From Trichoplax adhaerens (taxonomy: Eukaryota > Animalia > Placozoa): a DNA stretch of 64,000 bases. This document shows positions 1 to 15,800 of this stretch, piece by piece. Made by a program: the position numbers and the translations under genes. The stretch spans positions 1,216,826-1,280,825 of the forward strand of contig NW_002060961.1 in the NCBI RefSeq assembly GCF_000150275.1, in the 5' to 3' direction. Below the pieces are notes generated by a model that ran no database searches, had not been told where the DNA came from, and was given only the letters and a program-made list of their open reading frames with translations. Position 1 is the first letter of the stretch. Every line of letters begins with the position of its first letter.

Positions 1-3000
1 ATACTTTAGATTTATTTCTTAATTGCATGCAACTTACTGATATTCATCCATAGAGCTTTGCTTGTATTAATTAACATAAAATCATTTCATTTATGGCCTA
101 CGTACTAAGTTTAGAATGATTGCCATTATCCTATTTAAATGATAGCTTTTTGTCTTAATGTTTGAAAGCTGTAAATAAATAGATTGTCAACTGAAAGTAA
201 TGATCGTGATATTCCTGCTGTTCATATGGTATCAGTAGATTTTTGTAATATCAAATGAAATGAGTATATTTGAGAGCCAATGGTGATGAAGTTGCTGACT
301 GATGGATTGAAAAATATAATTGGAATTATCCGGTTTGGCCTGGTATCCATCTTACTTTATTCGATATTAATAATGTAATCAATATTGTCGTTATGCCCAC
401 CTAAAATTAACTCACATCTTTTCTTTTATAGCTATAATCGGGATAAATATAGTTTTATTATGGTGTGCCTATTTAATAACAGACCGTGCAAAAATCTGGA
501 CGTATTAATTTACTGTAGCTGTAGGCTATATGAGCGAAAGTAATGCCGTAATTTATGATAATATTGAAAGCTGATGAAAGCTTAGCATGTCGTTTCAGAT
601 TATAGCTAATTTTGCCAGTTGTTGATCTAATGTCTAGTACTTATGGTTAACTTTCTTGGAATATTTTCTTAGCTTTCAGTTCTATCGTTCGATTATAGTA
701 TTGCCACGGTACGAACTACCGTGAAGAAATAGATCTCTAAATTTGGTTAATATAATATAGTGATATTATATTACAACTAGTCACTTACAATAGGAATTGC
801 TCTAATTATAAATGTATAAATCTAGTTGATGGGAAGCATGCAAGTTTTATGATTAATAGTTTACGAAAATTATACCTGGTTATCTCATGTAATATTAAGC
901 ATCGTTTAGCGAATTTGCAACGTATGAAAGCAATAGCAATAGTTTGCTTCTTTATGAAGCTTTCTAGGAGAAGATCTGATGCTGTTTAAGGATGTAACGA
1001 TGGTTATAGTTTAAGAATATCAATGCTAAGGAATAAATACTTGTGTTTGAATAGTGTAGTAGGAGTATAGTAATTAATTTTTCACTTTAATCTTGCCTGT
1101 TATAGGACATATAAGAAGCATATAAATTTTTCTAGTTGTCAAGATGAAATGTCTTTGTATCTGGAAAATATCAACTTTGGTAATTGTCAATAATTCTGAG
1201 TAGAATTTTATTGTCCATTTAAATCAACTCAATTTATCAAAGTCATTAAGACACAGCATTGGATATTTTTACATTTGCATCGATGAAAAATAATTTGTTT
1301 TGTTTTTTAAAATTGCTAGTCATTGCCTCTAGTCAAGACGGGTAATTAGCACTTTATCAGTTGAAGAACTCAATTTCGAGATATAATTACTCCTACCCAT
1401 GAATCTTGTATTAGCTCACTCATCGTTTATCAGTTTTATTCACTTTCCAAGTTATGTTCACATTATCCACAAATCAATAGTAGCCAGCATAAAATATACG
1501 CGTATTTTATTATAATAGAAAATGAAGCAACGATAAAAAACAAATTAATATGCGCGTATATGCCTGGTAATGCGTTGTACATTAGTTCTTGGCAACTTCG
1601 CAGAATTAGGTTTCTACCATAAATACTATAGCGTCAGATAATAATTTACCATAATGCATATCTTCAACATCACGGTTATGCGGCGATTAAAAATCTTTTG
1701 AAACATGAAGAGTAACAAACTTCAGGAAAAAATTCTCATAAAATAATTTAGAAAATATGGCATGTGCTTGTAGTTTATTTTATATTCTGTCAGGCTAACG
1801 TGTTTTTCATTCTTATAGTATGATGGTCAAAAAAATTATTTAATAACTGTATACCTAAGAACCGCACAGGAAATGATTTGCACATGTTTATTTATATTTA
1901 AAGATTGTATTCAGAATTAATTCTGATTTGTAGCCATATTATGACCTTATTTCATTTTATATGCATAGAGTCTTAACTTAAACTAGTCCAGTAAGAATGG
2001 AACCGTATCTACACTCTGTCTCAAGTAAAATTTTATATGTATTACTTTAAGACTGATTTGAAGGTATGAACAGATCGAAGCGTAATATTAATTGGTACTA
2101 TCATCGTCTTTACAACGTAGACGAGATGAAAACAAGGATAACCTAATTAAAGATGATTTTTAGCGACATTTTATTTTTTAAAATAAAGATGATCACTATT
2201 GTTTTTTTAATTTACTAGTATCTAATTCTATTGCTTATTATTCACATTATGTCATAAGTAGGGTATTTATTAATCATCTTATCATTCATGCAGACAACTT
2301 TGTTCATAGTCGTTTTGCCAATTTATCTAAGCAAAATTTTGGACCATTCTCTAATATTTCCGATATCTCCTTTTCATTTTAGTCAATAGTAACAATAACC
2401 TCTGATAAAACAACAACGAAAACAATAGCAAGCATCCAATATCATTAATCAAGACAGCATAAGCCAAATTTATAATGCGTGTATTTAAGTTGCTTGCTTT
2501 TGAACGTCAATTGTCCGTTATTCGCTTACATGTATTGGAAATACTTCAAGTTCTATTATGAATTGTTTGGGAATCTACTTTAGAGATCGTCATTTCCATA
2601 TCTAACTATGTCAACTCTAATGTTTCCACCTTTATCAGCATGGAATTGTATAAACATTGACGTTGATGTTTTTCTGAGGCAGATAATATCCTTGCATAGT
2701 GAAAGAATAGTGCAACACTTATTTTCCGCTTAAATTGCCAATGAGATCTATTTGGCATGTAGAGCAGATGTTATTTAATAATAAAAATGGCTATTCCTCT
2801 TGATTTGACGTCATATCCGAACTCAACGTTGACTAATAATGCTGAAATAAAAGATTCCGTGTAAACAGAAATATTGCAATTTTTACGACCATTGTCCAAA
2901 AGATTAAAATTGATGTGAATATAATGTTAGAATTGGCCTTAGACTTTCTATTCATGCTATGATTACAAGATTTTACTATCAAAAGGAAATGCTTGTAAAC

Positions 3001-6000
3001 AGAAATCTCGTAATTCTTACAATTATTATTACCAAGATTAAAATTCTTGCGATTTAAAAAAGAGATAAGTTATTACTTTGCTATTAACTTAGATACCTAT
3101 TATTTCCATTTAGATTTACTACTGATAAATTCTAATCAGTCTTAATATCACTAATGCAGGCAGTAGAATGTTTAGTGCTAAAATTTTTTGGTTTGATGGC
3201 TAAAAAAGCATCTATCATCATGATCTAGCGGAGTTGAAGTTATACTTATTAGTATGTAAAGGTAACAATAACCTTTTAAAACGGATAAAATATTTCAACT
3301 ATAAAAAATTTGACAGATAACATATCATGATATCTCTTCATTTTGATCATAATCACGTTAGCAACGCTACATGTGCGTGATTATAAATCTTTTCATTTAA
3401 TTTTAACAATTGCAAATGATTAGCAAAAATATAATGTTGATTATTTATGAGTGATATTACAGACATTTAACGTATTTAACATGATGAATAGTTGTTGTTA
3501 ATTTATCATTTACATATGGCAGGAGAATGAGTGGTAGGCGAAAATTTTATTTGTTTATACGTAAATTCAGAAAGTCATTTTCATACGTATAGTCTGGTTT
3601 GGGCTATATTTTAATATATAAGATGGCATACCATTTTTACTTACTAATCCATCAGGAAAAAAGTCTGATCAACATCTCATGGTTTATGCGTTTAATATAG
3701 CAAGCAACATGTTAAGCTAATCATAACCAATCTGTTTATTTACTCCATTCGTTTTCTCTTACCTTGGGCAATAGTTTGGAAGCCATATATGACGTAAATG
3801 TTATTATCCGTCGTTTGTTTGGTTACCTTCGTAGCATAAAAAAACTAATCAATGACTTTTTATAATTAATATACTAGCTGAAATGACTGACAATTTATCA
3901 TATTCAAGCCTGAAGCGTAAAAGAGAAGCTTCAACTGTGGCATACAATTTGCCATTCATATATATTCTAAGCTTATACGTATAGGAAATAATGAATAACG
4001 TAGTCTAGTTAACGAGAAACATTCATCTCTTAAGCAGTTTCATTTATTATTCAACAGCCAATTATCAAATCAAAAAATCAGAAGCAATTAATGACGTAAA
4101 TGTTATCCGCCTGTAAAAAAATAAGATAATTTTGAGGGTGTGGTTGAAAAAGCTGTTTTGTATTTTATCACTTAGGTAAAAGTATCACAAATAACAATGT
4201 TACTGAATTGGAAAAATCATGAATTTGGTTAGAATTATTAAGCATAACAAAGTCTCCTAGAATAAATTATTGGAGTAACTTTAGGTTTTACGTGCTAGGC
4301 GTAAAGGGTATGTAAAGTAACTTAGTATTGTGATTGTAGGCTATTAGCCATGTTTAGTATCATGTAAGGTAGTGTCTTTCTATATTTATCTTATGATATA
4401 TATTTAGTAGCCCATAATTATAGATTATAAGGATAGACCTTACAGTATGCTAGAGTACAGATGACTATTTACAGTAAGGTGTTTAGTTAATAATATGGTT
4501 AGAGGTAGAAATAGAATTGTAAATCATATATTAGGATATGCTTAGTTCATTGTACTTTGAGTGGTAGGAATAATATCTATGAAAATACTGTAATCATTTC
4601 TACATTGGATTAATGATAATTCACTATAAAATACTGTGACTAATAATAAGCTGAATATGTTTAAAATATGATAGAATGATGCTATGCTGATGGTAGATGC
4701 GAAGGCTACGGATGGTATAAAAGTAGGAGACATTGCATTATCTGATTGTTCTTTCTAGAAGTTTTTAGTAGTAGTATCCGGCTAGAGTAGATCTGTGTAT
4801 AGCTAGTCTTTGTTTTAGATCTAATAAAGTTCTAGTTTTCTACAACTTTGGAATTATCGTGATTTGATTTTATCACAAGGTAGTAATGGTATCTAATAGA
4901 ATATTGCTGTATTTGACTTCTCAGTTAACAATAGTAAATCAGTTGTCAGCAAGAGAGTAGAATTTTGTATTCAATTAAATCAAATGGTAGACATTGACAT
5001 TTCTACTTTTGATCTACGCTATTATTGATTAGAAGATAAATGTCAATTAAAGACAGAAATATGTAAAGAATGGAATCCTAAAACGGTTTCAAACTATATT
5101 TTATAGCCTTAAATAAGATCCGAAACTTAATTTAATGTCTCTGGTTATAATAATGACAGCATACGCACCAAAGAAAGTCAATAGATTGTCATTGATTACG
5201 AATAGCTGAAAACTATAGGAATTATTTTTTTGAATACTAAAAATTGCAGTAACATGCTACGCATGTAATTAAAAATGAAGATTACAGCCGTGCCTTTCTA
5301 TGTTAGATTTCAAAAACTTTTCCATAGCAAAGTGCTACATATATTGTAATTTACACTTGATTATTATGGCTTAATATCATGCTTTTAAGCATCTGAGTAT
5401 ATGATTGTTACAAATCTAAATTTGTAATGACGAAAAGTAGAACTATTATAAAAATAAACTAACGGTCTATTGTTAGGTTTATACTTCCCGATATTTATCT
5501 TCAGCAAAATTCGAAATACTGACAATCTCCTAACGTTAGGAGGGACAGTAACTCCACTAGTCTCTCTTGGACAGAACTGAACCCAAATTTTATTGAAAAG
5601 TCACTCAAATTATAGTAAATCGAAATGCTCGTAAACACTAATTGTCGATTTATAGATAACGTGTTTCAACATCACGGCTATCTATCAAAATTGCTTAAAA
5701 CGTTATGGGTAATATAATATTAATACCTCCCTAGATAAGTTTCGTTATGGAAAGTATTTTACGATAGTTATGCAAAAGTTACTCTATAGCTATGATATAT
5801 GTTATAAAATGCTGGTAAACATCATTGATAAAGCCATGAAGTAGCCTTGTCATCTATTTGATAAAGGTAAAACTTTGATAATATGCAAACCTATATCCAA
5901 ATACTAAAGATTTATTTTAACGCTGCTGGAGTAGTTTACGTAATATAGGTGTATGTTGTTGCTATCATATCCCAAACCGATAAAGTGCTAGTGTTAAATA

Positions 6001-6599
6001 GAGATCTAATGAGTATATCAATTTCTTTTGATGCAGTTCGTGAATTTATAAATTTATATTTGTAGGTATTATTGTGGCCTTTACTCCTGAACAAACGATA
6101 AATATAGGCATTACCGATCGATTTAAGAAGCAATTTAATCATTTAAAATAGACTGATTGAGCAATGATAAATATCTATTTAGTGTACAGCAACTGAGTTT
6201 CAATTTCGTGACAATTTGGTAGGTAATCAATCTACAGTGCTAGCAAGCAGAGTTATATTTTTCTGAGAAAGCTCGATACGATTTGGTATTAGCTTCGATA
6301 CATTACGGCAAATACTAGAAGAATTTTAAGATGAGCTAATTAATTCTCATTTGAAAGAGGAGGAGATTTTCGTCCAAAAAATAATAATAGTACGAAAATT
6401 AAACTAGAATATTTATCATAGATAAACATGCATCAGTAGCGCATCTTCACTAATTATACAACCCTATTGTGGATTCGAAGAGTTCTGCAATTGGCTCGAT
6501 AATTTGTCTCCAGTGAGTAATTTAACGTTGAGAGCGTGTTCTATTTATTCATACAGTATTTAATCTAAATTAATTAGGCTGCTTCGAAATAGCCCTGCA

Positions 6600-7210
6600 T
6601 ACTTTTAAATTTCCTCTAATTTTTGTATTTGCCCGCTATTCCATAACGTACGGTAAGTAATTCTTCCAAATATATAGTTTCAAAAGTTAATGTTTTTGTT
6701 GTTGAAATTAGGATCTAATGAACTTCTTGTTTGAATCTAACTAACTAATTAATTTATCTATTCTTACAGGTTTAGGTTTTTGAAAAACTTTACTAATGGC
6801 GTTAAAATTCAATAGAAAGGTAGACCTCCAAATGAAAACTGTTATCAGCAATAAAATGGCATAAATTCAGGAAATAAGGTATGGTACTAGATATTAAGCA
6901 GTAATAGGTGCATTAGTATGACGTAATAGTAGCCATTTTATATTAAACGATTTCTAGGAAATAGTTAATATATCATATCAAAGTCTATTTCAGATAATTA
7001 CAATTTAAAAAGCGCCGGAGCAGGTATATTGTTAAAATACAACCAGATGTTTTGGTAATTGATAGAAAGTAAGCCATATATTTCCATTAGAATAGCGATC
7101 TAGAATATAAAAAGTTCATTGATTAAATGGGTATTGAGAGCAATTGACAATGGATTCATACTATTTAATACTAACTATTTAGGAATTGATAGTTTAATAT
7201 AAAGTAAGTA
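6600..7210 (+). ncRNA. Candidate multi-exon non-coding transcript or orphan 5' UTR
   Basis: Textbook intron 6653-6769 (GTAAGT...CTAAC...TTCTTACAG), then GT-AG introns 6879-6993 and 7024-7182 (or two smaller ones) and a donor GTAAGT at 7204. No ORF survives splicing. Confidence 0.35.
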
Positions 7211-10139
7211 GCGAGTTGGATTGATTAGTTCCGGGCTATAGTAACTAAAATTATGGAACAGGTCTTACTAACGTAGAAAATTACCCAAATGCTAGCAATT
7301 ATTATAACAATTGTATAGTGCTCCTAGCATTTATTGATTTTAGACTTTCAAGCAAATTAGTAGCAACTATTAGTGATTTAATTTTACCGTACGATATTTT
7401 CAGAAATTTAAGAATTTTCTTCTATTTACTTTTTTAATGTCATCTTGTTAAAATGGATGAGTGCTTAAATTTATTCCATCATTACTCTCTCTATATTGAT
7501 TAAGGAATATTTCTAATTTAAATTATAGCAAAATTAATAAATATAGTAAGACTTCGCATAATTATAGTACATACGACGTTGTAATGATTATAAATCATTT
7601 TACTCTCTTCTACCACCGGATAATTGATCGATTACATTATGCCTCCATGAGTATGTTTACCTTGAGATCCCTTTAAAGTTGATATGTTAAGATTCTTCCT
7701 TTTATATTACATTTTATCTCAATAATTAGAAACTCATGGGAATTGCTTGGCTATAAATTTTACGGTTTCAAAAAGATTACACTGCATAATGATCTTATTA
7801 TCTCGCCTGAAGTTTCTCCATCCATATTTTTGTGTGCTGTTAGCAGACAAAGTCGGTAATGTAGCGAAAATAATGAAGTAAATTTCAAAAATTCCTGGTA
7901 CAGCACGTAGTGATAATTACTCGCTTTCTGCTAAGATTAAAGCTACATATGATAATCTTACTGGTTTCTAAATTACTGTATACCCAGTGCTAAATCAAAA
8001 TTATAGGCTAGTTATATATCAATATATATGAATTTAATTGATTGCGGTACGAAATGATGAAGCGCCATGTTAAAAATTGAAATGGTCTGCAAGATTCTAT
8101 GGAGTTATGTTTTCAGCTTATACCGAACTAATTCCTATTCTGTATAGATGATAAAAGTCAGACTCTAGTTATATCAGAAATTTGAATTAAATGTTTCAGT
8201 AACACGATACTATTTCCTTACTGAATTTTCTTCAGGTCATACAAGCACTTTTGAAATAGAGATAATTAGCTTAATATTTTACCGTAATTACAAATGAAAT
8301 GATTTATTTCTTACATTATATCTTGTATAGTATTAATCGGTGCCTTTTTTTTTGATGGATAACGTTAAAGTTATAATTCTAAGAATAATAAGAACTGTAG
8401 AATATCTCAAAACTAAAGTTACTAATTTGATCTAATTGATTACAGAAATTTTTGAATCACCAAATGACGCAACTTCTACAGTGCTAATTATCGATCATTT
8501 TATTCAGATTTTACCGATTGTAGAATTATTTTTAGCCCTTTCATCATTCCATTTCATGCCTATTGTTACAATTTGCAATGTTGATTCCCTCTAAAATTCT
8601 CAAATACATTTAATTAAGCCTTATGCACGCATAGTGCCTTAGTAATGAAATTCTAGATAAATATCGTCAATGATGTTGTTTCTATTCATTACGTATGATG
8701 TTCACTTAAACGATTGTAAGTCAGTAATATCAAGCATTAATTGAACATATCTAGTAGCAATTAATTAATTTATGCTTTACTGCAATGTTACGTACTATAA
8801 GACCATGTTGTTATTGTGATTACCAGACTTTATGCAATTGAAATAGTTTTCATATCTTATCGGTATATGCTTCTTACGTGATAAAACTACTGCATGACCA
8901 TGCCATCAACGCATGTTTCGTCATCTTTTGATAATGCAAATAGTTGTAGTAAATGCCAGTATATTGAATGTACAGTATTGAGTTATTGCTAATAGTCTAA
9001 AAATGAGATACTGGTGATTACACTTCCAAAACATGTTAATACATTTAGATCATGACTTCCATCCAATAATAAATCATCAACTTAAGATCATAATTACTTT
9101 CATGTTATTGTATAGTATTAACATGATATCGAAATATAATTCTTTATGTCTGTTGCTTATATTCCTGTCATAATGGAATATTGACTTCTTCCGCCCGAAA
9201 TGATATGCATCAATAGTGCTTGTCTTATTGATATTTTAGACCTTGTTATGACAGAACATACCTTTGTCTTTGCAATCTTAATTAGTTCTAAATTTTAATT
9301 GGGGTATATCAGTATATGAACATCTGTCATCTTTTAATCAACAATGGTCTATGTAATCAATGTCTAGATCATCCTTGGATTTATATCAAAGTTAAACATT
9401 GGATAATCTTTATAATTTATACTGGGGTTGAAGTGATTCCGCTATAGTACTAATATACGCTAGAATAATTGCAAATGTGATAAGAAATGTTACGAAATTA
9501 TATTGTAAGATATGAAATTATTACGAATGATTGATTCTTGTGTGACGAAGTTATCTTTAATTAAATGAGATTAAGAAAGACTAGTAAAAAAAATTTTATT
9601 CGGCTGAGTTTTAAAATTATACAAATTATTTAAATAAATATTTCATTCTGGGAGAATTTTTATGGATTTTTATCGTGTAATATCATTTAGTTGAATTATA
9701 TGATCATAAGAAATGATTTTAGCTAGTTCATGAAGCAAATGAGGTACCGGAATGGCAAGATTATTGAATGTCTGCTCTAACTTACTGTGTAGCTACTTTT
9801 TCTTAAAAAAATTAACGAGAAATTGCTGCTATAAAGAAATGATAAATACTTAAATTTTATCATAGTCGTTAACTCTGTAATGCTTAATTATCATTCGCGA
9901 TCCCTTAGCTTTATTGGGGTTTCTACGGTTATTATTTTAATTCAAAGTTTAAGCTAACTGGGAATTGATTATTTCTAAATAAAACACTCGGAATGTAGGA
10001 CTAGTAATGAGCATACCGATTTAAATTAAGAGTTAACTATTCGATATCATTTCGCGCTCATATTTTACTGTCACAAATTCGCAGGTATATTTGCGACGTA
10101 TTATGGCATTGCGAATTCCAGAGTGGAAATTAAATAAAT

Positions 10140-10610
10140 GTCAAAGTAAATTCTGCTATGTAAGATTTCGTGCCTTCTTTTTAATATCACGTATAGTAAA
10201 AATTTAATATTACGGTACAAATTCCAGAAAGAAAACTAACTTCAGTAGGTCAGCAGATTAAAATCGTTATAAGGGCAAAGCCGTTATAAACATTTCATAA
10301 CACTATTTTAGTATCATAGTATATTCACCATGTAACATAGTATTACAAATTTGAGAGTGGAAATTAATGTTAGCAAGTGAGTAATTGAATTAAATACGTA
10401 TTTCAACTAAAACTGTAGCTGTAATCATTGATTATAAAGTAATTCTAGCATTTGGAAATTTCGTGCACTTACTTAGTATCACATTGTAAGAGTAAATGAA
10501 CATAATTCGAATTCTAGGGTAGAAATTAAAGTTGCTTTACAGAGAAAGAAACCATGACCTGTGCAACGAAATGCCGTTACCAACGTTTTATGATACTATT
10601 CTAATTTTCG
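10140..10610 (+). repeat. Degenerate tandem duplication, period ~293 bp
   Basis: aaagtaaattctgc...atttcgtgc...tatcac (10143) matches aaagtaattctagc...atttcgtgc...tatcac (10436). gccgtta...actatt occurs at ~10280 and ~10573. Confidence 0.7.
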
Positions 10611-12833
10611 GCCGTTTGGATACTCAGTTTCTATAAGCCTAGGCATAAACTGTAAGATAACATACCAATGGTAAAAGTTTTATGTATTGGGGAGTAAAGA
10701 ATAAAAACATAGTATTTATTAAAACTCGAATAACATGGTAAAAACGTTGTGATTTCGAGATTAACCAATGCTAAAATATGCTATCACATTGTAATGCTAA
10801 CGTGACCGTAACAAAGGTAAAATTTCGCTAAAAAATTCCACGAAATTAAGTAGTACTCATTTATACTTTAGTATGCGCTGTGGAAGCCTTACATTTTAAT
10901 GCCTTAGGTTCTGGTTGGTTCTTATGTTAACTTAGAAGCGTATTTTACAGTTTAACTAAGTGAAAAAAAGGTATTTATGTACTTAAGAAGGATTAACTAT
11001 TCTCAAGAGTATTATTAGTGATAATTATAATTGAGAATTACTTTACAGTCGCAATAAATCCGGCATTATTATCAAGTATCAGGACTGATTAAGTCAAACT
11101 TGTACTTGGCTAATGAAAGTTCAAATATGGATAATCAAATTCAATGTCGAATAAAAATTTCTTTTTTAGATCCAGGAACGAGCGATCGAATACTCGATAG
11201 ATCAAGGCGTTGTGTATAGCCAGTATACCTAGATATAGTGTACGCTGATAGTTCCTTTCAAAACTCCGTAACTTGACAAGTGTTCCTGATTTGAAAAGAT
11301 TGTTGCATATACGCTGCACATTTATACAGTTATTGTCTTGCCTTTACTTTAAGTCTATATTGCGTCCAGGTATCATGTTAATGGATAGAGCATTAAGATA
11401 TCTTCCTAAAAACATTTTTTTGTACTTCCAAATTATTTAATTTCCCTTATAACAGACCCGTGCAGCGTGCAATGTACATTTTATATCTGCTAAGTACTGT
11501 GACTGTGTTATATACTGTATTAGAGTAGAAATATCTATGTTAGGATAATTCTGTTAGCCTATCCTTATTTAGTTAACTTCTAATTTGGATATACTGTGTT
11601 TTGATATAGCACTGGCTTTTTATGATAGCGACACTTATACACATACTGAAATAAAAGGTTGTAATAGGTAATGCAAATCATCTACTTACAGTTCGAATCA
11701 TTGCGATTGTAATTTACTTATGGTAGATAGTAAATTATCGTGGAAATGTTCTGTGATTGGACATATCGTAATCTGACTATTCTGTATTAGTCACCAGATG
11801 TCTATGTTCGTAAATACTGTTGTCTGCTTTAAGGGAACAGTAGCTATATTTAATATCTAATTCAGTACATGATTACAAAGTTAATCGTACTAACTATGAC
11901 TCATGAACTATTGAGGAATAGTATATAAATGTAGCATATCGTGTAATAGAGTGGATTTTCAAACTTAGTGTATAACGTAAAATACGGGGCGTTTAAGTCT
12001 TTGTGTAGTCTGCTAGTACAGCAAGTGTTTCTGAATAGTGCAGATATCGTTCCTTGATACGTGGTTCAAGGAATTGACTTACTGATCGTACATTACGTTA
12101 TCTTTTTGCAAAGCTGTTTTGTGACAAGTACATATACATAAATAAATATTAAGCAGCAAATTGATTCACGAAAGTTAGTGAATACTTTATTAACATTTGC
12201 ATTCGCGCATTTGATTACGATGCCTCTATTGAGGTTGCTATAATCGCGAAGCGAGAAGATATTGCTTGAAAACTTCTGTTTGAAGTACCATGATCCCAGT
12301 TATCTTGCAATTATACAAGAGCAATATGAAAAAATTTTCGTACGAAATATTTAATGCGTAGATGAGCTGCCAGTCACGAATCATAGCACAATCATAAAAA
12401 ATATCTAGCTAGATGAGTTGAGGTTTTGAAGTTACTGAATCATGATCTTGAGTTATTAAAGTTTTACAATGTATCATAACGCTCCATCGAACAAAATACG
12501 AGTAATCTCCTTATTTCCGTTACACTCAATAGCGTATTGTGGATCTTTACCGCCAATGAAACAAATAGGTAAAGTTGATCAATCTCAATAATGATTAAAG
12601 TTTTGCTAGATGCAGAATAATTTAAATATCAACCATAATTAAAATTTATCATTTGTTTGAATGGAAAATTCCTATATTTAGATAAAATATCTTACTTCGT
12701 ATGTCGTACAGTAGGCATCACCTAGCTAATAGTCAACCGTTACATGGAATAATTTTACACTACTTATTTGTTACAACGTCAAGATCTTATTGACGAAAAC
12801 AAAGAATTGTAAGAAAATGCTCAACGTAGAACT

Positions 12834-15800
12834 CTAACTAGGGTAATACATTTGAATATGGTTAGGCAATAATTTGATCAGTATTGGATAAGCTTCATAA
12901 TCTTCTCCATCAATGGTATACCACATGTCCTGCAAGCAAATTTACAAAGTCTATAATTGAGTATAATTACTTCTAAACTATGTAGTAACCTCATTCTTGA
13001 GACTTCGTAAATTATAGAATAAACTTACATTCCTTGACGGTCGTAAAAATATTTCGCTGGGTGTTAATGTTTTCAGCTCTACAATTTAAAATTTTAATTG
13101 CAATATAGTTAAGTATCAGAATGAACCATAAGACCATCAGATATATCTACGGCTAGCTACGGTAAGGGCTACGTCTTAAGACATACTTTCAGTATTATTT
13201 TCCGAATGTTTCTGGTTTATTTGCTGCCACCTGTTTTTATTAAGCATACGCATTTAACACCTTGATCAGTACAAAATGAAATTTTAAAATCTATTCTAAC
13301 TTACCCCTTTAAGATAAATTCTTTTTTATCGATAATTTCAGGCCAAATAGAAACAGCAAGATTCTGTTAAATATAAATAATCAACTTACATAATGATCAA
13401 ATAAGAAAATAGGGAAAAATTCAAGTTTATTGAATTACTTTGGTTTGATTTGCATCGATTTCAACTTGAAAGCTATTAAATGTTTTAATATTTTTGTTTA
13501 TTTCTTTAATCATCGGATTGTTATCAATGGTATCCTTTATGTCGTTGTTTTTCAAACTTTTCTGATTATCGGATGCGCCGAAACCTATATCAATACTATA
13601 CTTTGGAGGCCAATTCTATTGATTGAAATATTTAAGACAGCTCAATGAGTTACCTTCAATTATATTATCAAATTGGACCGCAATTAATACTAAAACATAT
13701 CAGACATACAAATAAAACTGGGGGAATATAAGCCATGCGTTTCTTTAAAGGTCCAAATAACCAGTATCTACAGAAGAGAAATAGCTAATTTTAAAACGGT
13801 AATATTTTGTGGTATAATCTAGAAAGAATTTAACCTGTCGTAATCGCTGGCGATGTCTCTAAAAATTCCCCATTTAACAGATGATAGAGAATATATAGTT
13901 TTACCAGATTCTTGAGGGCTAATTTTCATTACATCAATCATCCTACTCTCCTTTTTGACAATAGATAAGGCGGCCTCACCGATAATTCTATACGTTAAAC
14001 AGGAAATTTTTGTAGAATAATTACTTCAGTGTACACTAGTGTAAAGACACTGAGGTTAAATTGAAATTGGCTATTTTTCATTGAACGTTTTCATGTGTTT
14101 TTAATCGAAGTGCACAACCTGGCTTTGGGTATATTCTTACAACGATCGGGTAATAATTTCTCAAATAGTGTGTTTTCATCTCCTAGAGGTATAATACCAA
14201 TTGGTAGCGGACACTGTTTCGATTCCTATCATTTAGCAATACCGAAAGCCCAAAAATTGATTTTGGTTATGCTGACAAAAGAATCTAATTTAATAGGAAA
14301 TATGGATACGACTTTAGCAGTTATATACCTCATCGTACTTGGTTAGTAATCCAGTAATTACCTATGTTATAAACGAAATAAAAACTTAACAGTGCTGCCA
14401 TAATTATGATGGACTCATTGTTATATCTATAGAAAATGAGATTTAGTAAGTTGCTTATACGGTACCTCCATTACTGTGCCACTGCCACCAGCTATTACTA
14501 TAGTATCGGTAGTTTCATCTAAATAATTTACCAAGGTTTTGGCTTGACCAACATAATCAAGCTAATATTTGGTAGAATAATTCGACGAAGCGATTATTAA
14601 TTACCGCATTCAAACACAGATTAAAAGTTGCGTTGTAATGATAAATTACCTCGATATAAACAACATCAATCCCAGCAAGGTTAAAGATTGGTACGGCGTC
14701 ATCTTTCAACAATTTTCTAGTTTTTCTGTAAATTTTCCCACCGCAATGCAAAAATAACATTTTTAAGTATTCCGTACGTATACTATGAAATGCTATAACA
14801 TACGTGTATTTATTAATTGATTGATTAATTATCATTTTATGTAAGACAGAACAATCTTACGATGATACTAGCAGATTGGCTAACATACCCGCTGCCTGCT
14901 TTCGGATTAAAAAATACCACAACTCGACGCTGCTTTGCCGTTGATTTGATAGTCTGTCTACCATATTGCTAATAATGGTGATAAATTGCTGCAGTTAATC
15001 CGCAGGACAAAGATTTAAATGGATTTTGTAATTGTAATAAAAATGTGCTTCTTACCACTGCCTCTTGGCATAATCTTCTTCTGACAATATTAGCTCTAAG
15101 TATAATAAAGGGAGTGATTAAGAAAGTGCTAACGCACAACGACGGTATTTAGAGACTATCTCTATAGAAAATCACTGCTGACACTTTGATAAATTGTGCT
15201 ACTGGACATACGATTTACTGTCTTTGTGTACAACACTGCAAAATGTATATTGAACTTGCAAGAATATTATTCGAGCATATTTAATCACGCCTTCACGGAT
15301 AGTTACAAAGTGTTACAATAGCTCTCCGTCTAGACAAACTGGAAGGCAAAGTTGTCAAGTAGTAATCACAGCTTTAAGAACTAAGTAGTCCAACGATGAC
15401 ATACACAAGATTATGTCTGAAGGTTAGACTAAACCAATGAAGTTTCCGAAGTTTCAGCTTACAGAACGAGTTGGTTTAACGACCTGGCGTGTAAGATTGT
15501 ATCTAAATTTAAAGTTCGTATCGTGTATATACAGAACATCCACTGCAATATTGCATTCTCATAATAATTTCATAAAGTTTTCGTACTTTCAGCTTATTAC
15601 GAAACTACTGTACTTTGTCCAATGTAATGCTGCTATGGGAGAACGCATTTGAAGTTGATATAGTACGCGTATCATAGTCAACCAATTGAATTTTTGTACC
15701 ATTCATTAATTTTAAATGGATGATACCTGTTATTTTAGTAAAACTAATCGGAAAGATCGTCTGTAAAGCCCAGCTTGACATTAACGTTGGTATGACAAGT

